This document shows positions 24,803-33,513 of a DNA stretch of 34,771 bases, one piece after another. Made by a program: the position numbers and the translations under genes. This DNA comes from a virus. The DNA is taken from the UHGV virus genome UHGV-0219736; one strand, written 5' to 3'. The notes under the pieces were generated by a model. The model had not been told where the DNA came from. It searched no databases and saw only the letters and a program-made list of their open reading frames with translations. The stretch's first letter is position 1; every line of letters begins with the position of its first letter.

Positions 24803-25269
24803 CGATTGCCTCTTTTTGCACTGTATTTCCGTCTACTGTTAGAAAACTTCTGTTTAAAGAATTTCTCCATGATAGGCATAATCTGCTTCAGGAAATCCTG
24901 CAGCATTTCCTCCGATGGAATAAAATATTCATCAATTTCATAGTTCTCTTTGAAAACATTCCTTACAGTATTTTTCCCAAACAGATGATCAATCTCAGTG
25001 ATGATCTCTTTGATAAAAACAACCTGCGTTCGTGTAGACTCTCTGATCTGCTCAAAGCTCACCTCTGTACCTTCATATTTCTTTTTCATTTCCTCAGCAG
25101 CAGATTTTGCCTCCTCAGATATCTTCTCAAGCCGATCCAATATTCTCCCGTACTTTTCTGCGACCTCTCTGTCAGCAATATTGATCTTTAATACGGAAAC
25201 CACTTCGCCCTCGTCGTTCTGAATAGCTACCTTTCTGATACCAGAATCTTTCAGTTTGATCAGTTCCAT
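24799..25269 (-). CDS. Tail assembly chaperone
   Basis: GGAGG + MELIKLKD; helical, IDHLFG motif; between the major tail gene and gp15. Confidence 0.7.
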   Translation of the reverse strand: MELIKLKDSGIRKVAIQNDEGEVVSVLKINIADREVAEKYGRILDRLEKISEEAKSAAEEMKKKYEGTEVSFEQIRESTRTQVVFIKEIITEIDHLFGKNTVRNVFKENYEIDEYFIPSEEMLQDFLKQIMPIMEKFFKQKFSNSRRKYSAKRGNR

Positions 25270-25342
25270 AAAAATACCTCCTATTTTGCAAAGGGGCATC
25301 AGACTCTTTGCCCATGCCCCTATAATGCTCTCCAGTCATTTA

Positions 25343-25825
25343 TTATTTGAATGTCCATCCAGACTCTGTGATCGTTACCGTTTCCTTAACCACATCGCCA
25401 TTACCAGAGATCTGAATTGTCGATGTCAACGGATCTCCACCGCTGCCACCGGTAGAATCCGGCGCAACGATAACCGGTAATTTAATACATTCACCGGACT
25501 TTGATTCGGTATCGATATCCGTCTTGTAATATCGATAGTAGAATGTCTCACAGGCTTTCCCTGTTGGGAAATTCTTAAAAAGATAATCGATACATTTCTG
25601 CATTTCATCAGAGATGTATTCTCTTTCCGGTGACATAGAAAATGCAAACCCTTTTAACGAACTGGATTTGTTCTTCATGTTTACATACTGTTTGGAATCG
25701 ATTTCCGGTCCCCAGCTCTCGGTCAGCTCTGTATAACCATCGCCCATTTCAACGATCTTGGAAGTGCTGCCCATAAGCAATCCAATATCAAGCAAGGAAA
25801 CCATATTAGTTCTATTTTCAGCCAT
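25343..25825 (-). CDS. Major tail (tube) protein
   Basis: 160 aa; MGDGYTELTES..PE..SKQYVN...GGSGG...I...GD; fits synteny. Confidence 0.8.
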   Translation of the reverse strand: MAENRTNMVSLLDIGLLMGSTSKIVEMGDGYTELTESWGPEIDSKQYVNMKNKSSSLKGFAFSMSPEREYISDEMQKCIDYLFKNFPTGKACETFYYRYYKTDIDTESKSGECIKLPVIVAPDSTGGSGGDPLTSTIQISGNGDVVKETVTITESGWTFK

Positions 25826-25832
25826 GTTTCTT

Positions 25833-26288
25833 TCATCCTTTCTTCACGCTGTAAATCAGTTTCATATTTATTGCATATTCCTGATCGGTTGCTTTCTCTC
25901 CGATTGGAAATGCAACACTTGTCCGCTCAACACTCTCAAGCGTCACCGCTGAGTTTTTAAATGATATTCCGCATTCTTCCAAATATCTCCCCAGATTCTC
26001 CAACAATTGCTGACTTGCTATCGTTTCCAGGTTTGATTTGGGATATGATCGATACACAATGCGGAAAGGGAACTGCGCCTTGAAGCTGCCCGATATATAT
26101 TTTTTTAGATAAACAGCTCCCTGCAGTGGGAAAACACCTATCGAATGCTCCGCGATCAGATTGTTCCATATCACATTCTTATGACTTGGTTTGAATTCTT
26201 TCGGATAATCAGGGTATCCCATTATGTGCTGCAACAATGCCTCTGGCACATATTCTGCATCCTTTATCGTAAGTGACTCTTTTTCCAC
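25833..26288 (-). CDS. Tail terminator-like protein
   Basis: 151 aa before the major tail gene; KKYISG...QFPF.IVYR. Confidence 0.65.
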   Translation of the reverse strand: MEKESLTIKDAEYVPEALLQHIMGYPDYPKEFKPSHKNVIWNNLIAEHSIGVFPLQGAVYLKKYISGSFKAQFPFRIVYRSYPKSNLETIASQQLLENLGRYLEECGISFKNSAVTLESVERTSVAFPIGEKATDQEYAINMKLIYSVKKG

Positions 26289-26290
26289 TT

Positions 26291-26704
26291 CTATTTTCCT
26301 CCAATTTCCATATGAGGAAGTACATCCTCGTATATACTGACACTCTCCACTATATAGCAGTCATCATATCTGGCTCTCATTTCCTCATAACTCTGTCCGG
26401 AATACCCGTCCAGACAGTTACCCTTCACAAAGAAATCTTTTCTTGGAGCAAATGTAAAACACTGTTTCTTCTCAGCATCTTCTAAGTTCTCCCACTCCTT
26501 TGGTTTCTTGTAATTCTCAACATCTTCCACATACAGAGTAACCACATCTGCATCCTGATGTCCGTCTTTGGTAGCTGTTTTGCTGCACTTAACCACAATA
26601 TCCACATTCTGAAGAAGTGTAGGGAAATATACGCACTCACCCGTTTCTCCATTTATACTCTGGTTGAACACTGTAACTACCTTATTGTCAAAAAAGCCCA
26701 TCAA
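26291..26704 (-). CDS. Head closure / head-tail joining protein
   Basis: VTVFN...DFFVKG...Y.V.SV......PH.EIGG; fits synteny. Confidence 0.65.
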   Translation of the reverse strand: MMGFFDNKVVTVFNQSINGETGECVYFPTLLQNVDIVVKCSKTATKDGHQDADVVTLYVEDVENYKKPKEWENLEDAEKKQCFTFAPRKDFFVKGNCLDGYSGQSYEEMRARYDDCYIVESVSIYEDVLPHMEIGGK

Positions 26705-27108
26705 TCTACCCCCGCATACAGCAGATCCGTGTCATACAGATATTCTCGGATTGCATCTAACATCAGCTCATTTTGCTTTTCTCTGTCACCTACTGCGCCC
26801 GAATATACCGTTTCATTATTACCGAATGTAATAGATCTGCCTCCACTCGACATAGATTTGATATTGCCCTTTTGCGGATCATTTACCTTTTTCTCCGCAT
26901 CATCCAGTTTGAACAGAATATCAATCATGCAACAGGTTGCACTTTGAATCTGAGAAGAATACTGCTCGTATGTCTCTTCTGTTATGTGACCCATGCAAAG
27001 ATAATTAAGTTTTACACAGGCTCTCTGAAGATACCTATCAAAAAGGGACTCATCAACGATATCCCCAGCATATGTATCTTTGTAATACTGATAATCTGTG
27101 TATACCAT
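26701..27108 (-). CDS. Head-tail connector (adaptor)
   Basis: YTDYQYY...Y.G...F....RA...ATC...IKSMSSGGRSITF...YL..T.LLYAGV. Confidence 0.8.
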   Translation of the reverse strand: MVYTDYQYYKDTYAGDIVDESLFDRYLQRACVKLNYLCMGHITEETYEQYSSQIQSATCCMIDILFKLDDAEKKVNDPQKGNIKSMSSGGRSITFGNNETVYSGAVGDREKQNELMLDAIREYLYDTDLLYAGVD

Positions 27109-27126
27109 GATGAATCCCTCCTTTCT

Positions 27127-28176
27127 TTATCCTCTTGTGATGATACGGGCAATCGCAATTGCCTTCAGTGGGTAATATGACTTCTTGGTAGCATCATTGT
27201 TAGAAGCAATTTCCCAGTTGGATCCTGTTGCAAGCTGTGCATTGGATGGTGATACAATATTTCCGTTCTTCCAAGAAATGCCATATGGAGCATATACTCT
27301 TCTGCGGCGGGAAATGAGAGTTGTTTCTCCACCATTTTTGAGTGCATCTCGCGACATTTCTGCCGGTACCTTTACGTCACATTCCGTATATTCAATCGCA
27401 CCTTCACCCAGTACATAGGTTGTGTACTTATCAAATACACCCAGACCTTCTGCATCATCCACATGCTCAACCGGCATATCATCATCTACAAGGATAAGTC
27501 TGCCATTAAGTGTATAGAGGTTAAGATCCTTCTGCACGCCGTCTTTGTCTGTATATTTCAGATATCCGACAAGCTGCTTGTTCTCAAGGTTTGTAGCAAC
27601 TGCGCTATGCATGATAGCAAGTGCAAATTTTCCCTTTTTGTCACCCAATGCCTTCTGCATTGCTGTATTCAATGTCGTTACATCGAATGTACCGTCCGTT
27701 TTATCAGCAGTGATATCAAGAGTATGTCCGTCTGCAAATTTCTTACCTTCAGCATCACTCATAGAGAAAGTACCATTGAGAATATTGATAAGCACACCCT
27801 GATACAGATCATCAAAGTATTCGCTCACTTCTTCAGCTCCTGCTGAATAATCATCACCGGAAATATCGGCTACAAAGTCCTTTTCTACCCAAGCACCTGC
27901 ACGGCCAACAACAATTCTGCCCATTGTATAGTTTCCTCTTGCTGATGCCGTGATATCTGTCTTACCATCATAGTTGATACCTTCGCCACCAATTCTCTCT
28001 TTGATCAGAGTTGTGATGTAATTACCACCCTTCTGCTCAGACAGCATAGATGCATATTGTGGTTTTTCTACGATTGCACCCGACTTCAGCAGGGCATTCA
28101 TTTTGGTATTTGGCGTGTTACGTACCACTGTGTCAAATACTTCGCCATTAAAATTCACTTTATCAAATAAAGCCAT
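27127..28176 (-). CDS. Major capsid protein
   Basis: 349 aa after the scaffold; NYDG.TDI, AIMHSAVATNLE...GRLILVDD.MP...YTTYVLG.GA. Confidence 0.9.
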   Translation of the reverse strand: MALFDKVNFNGEVFDTVVRNTPNTKMNALLKSGAIVEKPQYASMLSEQKGGNYITTLIKERIGGEGINYDGKTDITASARGNYTMGRIVVGRAGAWVEKDFVADISGDDYSAGAEEVSEYFDDLYQGVLINILNGTFSMSDAEGKKFADGHTLDITADKTDGTFDVTTLNTAMQKALGDKKGKFALAIMHSAVATNLENKQLVGYLKYTDKDGVQKDLNLYTLNGRLILVDDDMPVEHVDDAEGLGVFDKYTTYVLGEGAIEYTECDVKVPAEMSRDALKNGGETTLISRRRRVYAPYGISWKNGNIVSPSNAQLATGSNWEIASNNDATKKSYYPLKAIAIARIITRG

Positions 28177-28192
28177 AACCTTTGTCCTTTCT

Positions 28193-28834
28193 TTATTCCT
28201 GGTTCAGATACTGATTAATATCAATATCCGGATCCTGATTTTTGAGTTTCATGAGTTCGGCCATGGACAGCTTCTCCCCATTTCCGCCAGTGCCGATGTT
28301 TCTTCCTACGATACTCGAACGTCTCTGCTGTGCTACAAGGGTTTTGGGATCGATCAAAATATTGGGTTTGTATTCTCCCTTATCGTCCTTCACAATTGCA
28401 TCAAACAAGTCTGAAATACTTTTCCCTCTTGCTGCATCAGTTCCCAGTGTTTCAATGAGCTGCGCTTTGATCGCATTACCGGTAATCTCATTGACGAACG
28501 TCTTATCCTTAAAGAAGTCCGTTACAAGTCCGTTCAGTCTCTCCGTTTCTTCTTTCTGGGCACGTTCTCTTCTCTCGTTTTCAAGAGTCTGGTTCAGCTC
28601 TTCAACTTTTTCCTGCCATGTCTTAACATCCGCATTGGATTCTCTTAAGTCATTCAGTTCTTTCTGCAGCTTGGTCTGCTCTTCCTGCCATGCATTCTCT
28701 TTCTTTTCAAGTTCCTCGATACGGTCCTTTTTCTTTTTCACTTCGAGACTGCTTACCATGTCATCTGGAAACGCCTTCTTGATTTCCTCAGTGATTTCCA
28801 CGCCCATGGATTTCAATTTTTCTACAACATTCAT
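28193..28834 (-). CDS. Capsid scaffolding protein (GP20-like)
   Basis: GAGGAG + MNVVEKL; 213 aa, charged coiled coil; immediately before the capsid gene. Confidence 0.8.
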   Translation of the reverse strand: MNVVEKLKSMGVEITEEIKKAFPDDMVSSLEVKKKKDRIEELEKKENAWQEEQTKLQKELNDLRESNADVKTWQEKVEELNQTLENERRERAQKEETERLNGLVTDFFKDKTFVNEITGNAIKAQLIETLGTDAARGKSISDLFDAIVKDDKGEYKPNILIDPKTLVAQQRRSSIVGRNIGTGGNGEKLSMAELMKLKNQDPDIDINQYLNQE

Positions 28835-28986
28835 AGTATCTGTTCTCCTCTTCTTAAAAGTTGTTAATCCGGTCAGCCCGGCGCGAATAGGGTGCAATTT
28901 AAACCATTGCTGGCAAACAAAAAGAAGCCAACCACTAAAGTGATTGACTTCATTAAGTCCTTACTTGGTATCCATTGATTCCAGTG

Positions 28987-29136
28987 TCACATATTCTTTT
29001 TTGTCTCTGCAACCGGAATCTCGTAAATCGTGCGCGCCTTCGGCACTTTCACTACAGCAATTCCATCTTTTCTTTTTCTGATCTCAACATGAGAACACTC
29101 TTCGAGACATTTTTCATCGAGTTTTATTACTATCAT
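28987..29136 (-). CDS. Small 49-aa protein upstream of the scaffold
   Basis: GAGGA RBS; MIVIKLDEKCLEECSHVEIRKRKDGIAVVKV...; promoter TTGACT-17 bp-TATATT upstream. Confidence 0.6.
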   Translation of the reverse strand: MIVIKLDEKCLEECSHVEIRKRKDGIAVVKVPKARTIYEIPVAETKKNM

Positions 29137-29234
29137 AAACCAGTCCTCATTTAAAATATAACTTGTCTACTATGCAAAGTCAAACAGTATTGTGTTTCAT
29201 TTTGTGTCAAAAAAGCACCCTGTGTAGGATGCTT

Positions 29235-29471
29235 TCATTCTTCCTCAAGTTCTCCCTCTACGGTTCCACTTTCAATTCCAATTTGTGATGCCATCAAAAG
29301 GACTTCTTTTCTGTCATTATTGCCACTTAAAATGAAGGATAGAAGTTTTTTTCTATCTTCTTGTGATTCACAATAATTGAAAATAAAGCTTATGAACTTT
29401 TCACTGTTTTTAATTTTTATTAGTTCATCATACAATGATTTATCAGTATCTGTTTTAACCTTCATACGCAC
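29235..29471 (-). CDS. Hypothetical protein, candidate immunity protein for the MuF toxin
   Basis: 78 aa, AT-rich, directly downstream of the MuF-toxin gene, followed by a terminator hairpin at ~29210-29235. Confidence 0.6.
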   Translation of the reverse strand: MRMKVKTDTDKSLYDELIKIKNSEKFISFIFNYCESQEDRKKLLSFILSGNNDRKEVLLMASQIGIESGTVEGELEEE

Positions 29472-29474
29472 CTT

Positions 29475-31649
29475 CTATTCATGGATGTTTGGTTTCTTCT
29501 TTTTACTAAGTATGTCATAGGTATATTTATCTTTGAATTCAATCAGATAATCATACCCCCCATGTTCCCATTCAAAGATTCCGTCTTCCATTTGCTGCTT
29601 AACATCACCTTTTACAAGTGAATCCCAAAGTGGATCATCATTTGGAACCTTCTTTGGTTTATGCTTCTTTGCAAAGAACTGAAGATCTAAGTCTATTTTA
29701 CTATCTTTTGCAGTGTTTTCAAGTGGTTTAACAGAATCGGTTGAATTCTTCACATCTACCAACAATTTGATTTTATTATCATCCGTCAGTGTAGCACCCC
29801 TGAATTCAAATTTTGTGCCTGCTTGTAATATTATTTCGCTTTCTTCTCTGTTCTTCGTCAGGAACATTTTAGTTCCTTTCGGTGCATATATATCTAGCAA
29901 AACATCATCATTGTTATTCAGATTCTTTGCTTCTTTATATGATGTTGAAACAAATCCTTTTTCGGTGATTATTTCACCTACTTTTTTGCTGTTCAGTTCT
30001 TCAATAGCATCATTTAAGTTTTTATGATCAATGCCAAATACATTTTTCAGATAATCCCTGTCAACCTTTCTTATTAAGACAGCATCCATTTCAGATTCAT
30101 TTTTGTTTATGACTTCCTTTAATGTTTCAATGGTTTTCTTACTTGCATCACTTAATTCACTAACAGTACCCTCACGCATTGCCTTATTGATTTTGTAAGC
30201 ATTGGCATTTCTGATATATCCTGCATCATTCATTCCGCTGATTATAGAATATTCATCATCTGTGACTTTACCTATTGATTTTTTCCATGATTTCAAATCT
30301 TTGAAGGTAACTTTTTCTGCCCTATAATCTATTTCAGCAGTTTTATGTTCAAATATTGGAGCAGGTTTCATTTTTTGTGCGCCTGATCTAACCTGTAACA
30401 CTTTTTCTGCTGCATTCTGATATGCTGTTGCCCTTCCATTCGCCACGCTGGCCTGCTTCTTCTTAAATCCGGCTACCTTCAGCCGATCAGTATCTTTGGT
30501 CAGATCATTATCCTCACAAAAACTGTTATATGCTTTATTCTGTTCCCGGAGCTTATAAGCAAGCCTGTCATAATCTGCCTGCAATAGTGGCTTTACATCC
30601 ATTTCTGCAACCAGATCGATCTGCGTTTGCTTTTCAAGAAGCTGACGCTTCGTTTTTCTGACAGACCGCTCCATGGCTCTTTGCTTCTGTTTCAGATCAT
30701 AAAGCTTTCTGCTTTCCTCTGTATCAATCTTCAGATTTCCATTCTCATCCACATATGGATTTCTCAGGCCTTTTATCCATGGCTGGTGGGAATGTCTGCA
30801 ATTGTATCCGTGTAAGCCTTCCGGCTCTACTACAATGCCAACACCATCTCTGATATCATATCCAGTCTCTTCTAAGAGGTTCGGATATCCTTCCTCACTT
30901 CCCTGTATCTTATAGACCTTTCCCTGCCAATGATCATGTGAATGATAGTCATTCGGATGCTTCGGATCATATCGGGCTCCTGCATGAGCTGATACAAGCA
31001 CGTATTCGACTGCTGCCTCTTCTATGTATGCATTCGTAAGCTGAGCCGTTGTCTGGTTCATGGAAGTAACCACACACATCCTGACTGCAGCTTCTAAGGA
31101 TATGGAACGCCTGGCATATTCTACTTTGATTCCCCTTCCGGCATATTCATCCAGGATCTGGCATATTGCAGAACTGTAAGACTGCACGCCGCTTGCAACT
31201 CTCATATCCGCCTGATCAAGCAGCTGGATAAGATCTTTCTGTGCCTGATGCATTGTTGACCTTGTGAGGTTGTAAAGCTCCCCTTTGCTCTTTTTGAGCT
31301 GTGCATTTATTACGCGCATAAAATCAGGATTTTCAAGCGGACTGGCTGTGGCTACTCCCATCTTCTCAAGAATAGCCCTGTCACTTTCCCATGACGTCAT
31401 CACTGCATCCTCTAACAGGTCCCTAAGTTCCTTTGTCGTCTTTCCGGTCAACGCTGATAACTGTTTTAAGATTTCTTCCTGCTGCACGCCAAGCTGCATT
31501 GTCTTCCATATGTTCCGATCAGCAGTACCACTCATTTCTCCTGCTTTCAGCAGTCTTTTTGATACATCCTCCAAAAGAAACATTTCGAGTTCCCGAAACA
31601 TTTCAAGCATTCTGTCTTCTTTGTTTTCAAAATATTCCGGTGTCAGCAT
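29475..31649 (-). CDS. Minor capsid (MuF / Phage_min_cap2) protein with a C-terminal ADP-ribosyltransferase domain
   Basis: VSAHAGAR...HDHWQGKVY...GLHGYNCRHS...QKQRAMER; then INKAMR...LIRKV...EKGFVSTS...EESEIIL..GTKF (R-STS-ExE). Confidence 0.88.
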   Translation of the reverse strand: MLTPEYFENKEDRMLEMFRELEMFLLEDVSKRLLKAGEMSGTADRNIWKTMQLGVQQEEILKQLSALTGKTTKELRDLLEDAVMTSWESDRAILEKMGVATASPLENPDFMRVINAQLKKSKGELYNLTRSTMHQAQKDLIQLLDQADMRVASGVQSYSSAICQILDEYAGRGIKVEYARRSISLEAAVRMCVVTSMNQTTAQLTNAYIEEAAVEYVLVSAHAGARYDPKHPNDYHSHDHWQGKVYKIQGSEEGYPNLLEETGYDIRDGVGIVVEPEGLHGYNCRHSHQPWIKGLRNPYVDENGNLKIDTEESRKLYDLKQKQRAMERSVRKTKRQLLEKQTQIDLVAEMDVKPLLQADYDRLAYKLREQNKAYNSFCEDNDLTKDTDRLKVAGFKKKQASVANGRATAYQNAAEKVLQVRSGAQKMKPAPIFEHKTAEIDYRAEKVTFKDLKSWKKSIGKVTDDEYSIISGMNDAGYIRNANAYKINKAMREGTVSELSDASKKTIETLKEVINKNESEMDAVLIRKVDRDYLKNVFGIDHKNLNDAIEELNSKKVGEIITEKGFVSTSYKEAKNLNNNDDVLLDIYAPKGTKMFLTKNREESEIILQAGTKFEFRGATLTDDNKIKLLVDVKNSTDSVKPLENTAKDSKIDLDLQFFAKKHKPKKVPNDDPLWDSLVKGDVKQQMEDGIFEWEHGGYDYLIEFKDKYTYDILSKKKKPNIHE

Positions 31650-32053
31650 TACTCTCCAATCTCCTTACCGACCAATGAAACCCACTCATCCAGATGTTTT
31701 TCCTTTGCCTCTTCAAACCAGCCGCTTGTTCCTATTCTGTGTTTAAGCGGAACGCCGGTCGGATACTTCTTCTCATACTTTTGCGCAAACGAACGCCCAT
31801 CCTGCGTCAAATACAGATCACCGACATACTGGTAATGTGCATAAGGTGTATTCCACTCTATCTCATTGCCATATATACCCTGTGGGAGCATTACGCTGCC
31901 ACGAAGAGCTCCTTGCTCGCCAAACGGTACAAGTGGATTACAATCAGCCATGACCTGCATATTTAATGCTGCATGTGCCTTTTTTGCTCTCTCATCCAGC
32001 CTGTCTGTCGATATGTCAATTGTCACACCGGAGATCTGTTTATATATTTTCAT
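31649..32053 (-). CDS. Minor capsid / HK97 gp10-like protein
   Basis: DCNPLVP...GALR.S...WNTPYAHYQY.G...WFE.AK. Confidence 0.8.
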   Translation of the reverse strand: MKIYKQISGVTIDISTDRLDERAKKAHAALNMQVMADCNPLVPFGEQGALRGSVMLPQGIYGNEIEWNTPYAHYQYVGDLYLTQDGRSFAQKYEKKYPTGVPLKHRIGTSGWFEEAKEKHLDEWVSLVGKEIGE

Positions 32054-33513
32054 TCCTCAAACAGCCCTTTCTGGTCGCCCTTCTCTGTCTCGATCTCCTT
32101 CATCATCTGATCAACTTCATCATCCGAGAAGCCTTCGTACTCTTTCAGATATTTTCTCTTTGAATACGCCCCAAGCACTACAAGCTGATAAGCTCTTGCC
32201 CTGTCCTGCTCAAAAGTTGACAACAGATCCTTGAAATAGAACACATCCTCATCCGGTACATCTGCATCCAGTGCATTCACATAACCGCTTGGCATATCAA
32301 AGTACACATCACAATACACATCCAGCGCATAGATAAGATCTCTGACTGCTGCCTTAAGAGCTGTTCGGATATCTGTGATTGTCTCAATAGTCTCGTTATC
32401 ATCACTCTCAATTTGTGTCGCTGTGATATGGCCGGTCTTTGCATCCATGACAAACTGTCCCTGAGAGAAGCCCATCTTTGTACTGATCATAGACAAAATG
32501 CTGTTTATATCTTTGATCCTGTCCGTTGTCAGCAATGTCGCTGTATGCTCATCGATCACTTTCTCTGAATCTACCTTGCCTCTCTTAATGCCCTTCACAA
32601 AACGCGGAAGTTCAACCTTTCCTCTCTGACCGGTCCTCTGATCTACTGTTGTCAATGACGCTTCATCAATGAACGTAATATGCTGACTGTCATCCACTTC
32701 ATTAGCCTTCCTGCTCCATGCCACATCAAGGTTTTTCAGTTCTTCCATACAACCAGCAAAGATTGATACCCCTTCCGGGCTTGCATAATCAATGGTATTG
32801 TTTCGAGGCATGCGGAAATAGCCAAACAGTGCTTTCTCCACATTGTCGAGGGCAATACTTGGCTCAAGACCTTCCCACTCCGGTACGTCAGCCAGATTTA
32901 TCTTTGCACCCAGGTCTTCAGCACTCTTTGATTTAAACGCCCTATTCTCGATCATATAGGCCTGCACAGGTTCTCCGGTCTCCGGGTGCGCGACATTCTC
33001 AAAGTGCTGATATTCCAAACGTGTATAATACTCCTTGCCTTTTACAATCCTGTCAAAGAATATAATTCCCCTGATATCTCCGTTACTGTTCTTTTCCGTG
33101 ATCACAAAATTACCGGGCAGCACATAGTCAATAGCTGCATTCACATTGTATGTACCGCTTGGCTTAAGAATAATACCGCCCAGGCCACAGGCATCTTCCA
33201 CCTTGTCCCTGATCGACTTATCTACCATTGCCTTAATACATGCGTTGATATAGTCGGCTCTTTCCGAGCCTTCTACCTTTACCCGTAAATCCATGCAGGC
33301 TTTCTTTGACGCAAAGTAACATATAAATGCTGCAAAATTAATTGTCCGGACATTTTTGGTAAGCCAGTCCGGCTTTCCCTTGATAACTCTCAGCCATCTC
33401 CTCTGCTCAAGTTCAAACAATTGACTGGACAAAACCGTCACCTGGAACTCTTTCTCCGCTCTTGTCTTAAACATACCCATGATAAACTCCTTTACTTTTT
33501 CTAAGATTTTCAT
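32050..33513 (-). CDS. Portal protein (SPP1 gp6/A118-like)
   Basis: 487 aa after the terminase; YYTRLEY...LFGYFRMP..N.ID..SP.GVSIF...LKNLD...TATQI.S. Confidence 0.9.
   Translation of the reverse strand: MKILEKVKEFIMGMFKTRAEKEFQVTVLSSQLFELEQRRWLRVIKGKPDWLTKNVRTINFAAFICYFASKKACMDLRVKVEGSERADYINACIKAMVDKSIRDKVEDACGLGGIILKPSGTYNVNAAIDYVLPGNFVITEKNSNGDIRGIIFFDRIVKGKEYYTRLEYQHFENVAHPETGEPVQAYMIENRAFKSKSAEDLGAKINLADVPEWEGLEPSIALDNVEKALFGYFRMPRNNTIDYASPEGVSIFAGCMEELKNLDVAWSRKANEVDDSQHITFIDEASLTTVDQRTGQRGKVELPRFVKGIKRGKVDSEKVIDEHTATLLTTDRIKDINSILSMISTKMGFSQGQFVMDAKTGHITATQIESDDNETIETITDIRTALKAAVRDLIYALDVYCDVYFDMPSGYVNALDADVPDEDVFYFKDLLSTFEQDRARAYQLVVLGAYSKRKYLKEYEGFSDDEVDQMMKEIETEKGDQKGLFEE

Noticed and set aside
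24200..25269. Programmed frameshift in the tail chaperone genes
   Set aside because: The genes overlap by ATGA and the second has its own GAGG RBS; no convincing slippery heptamer was seen near the junction.
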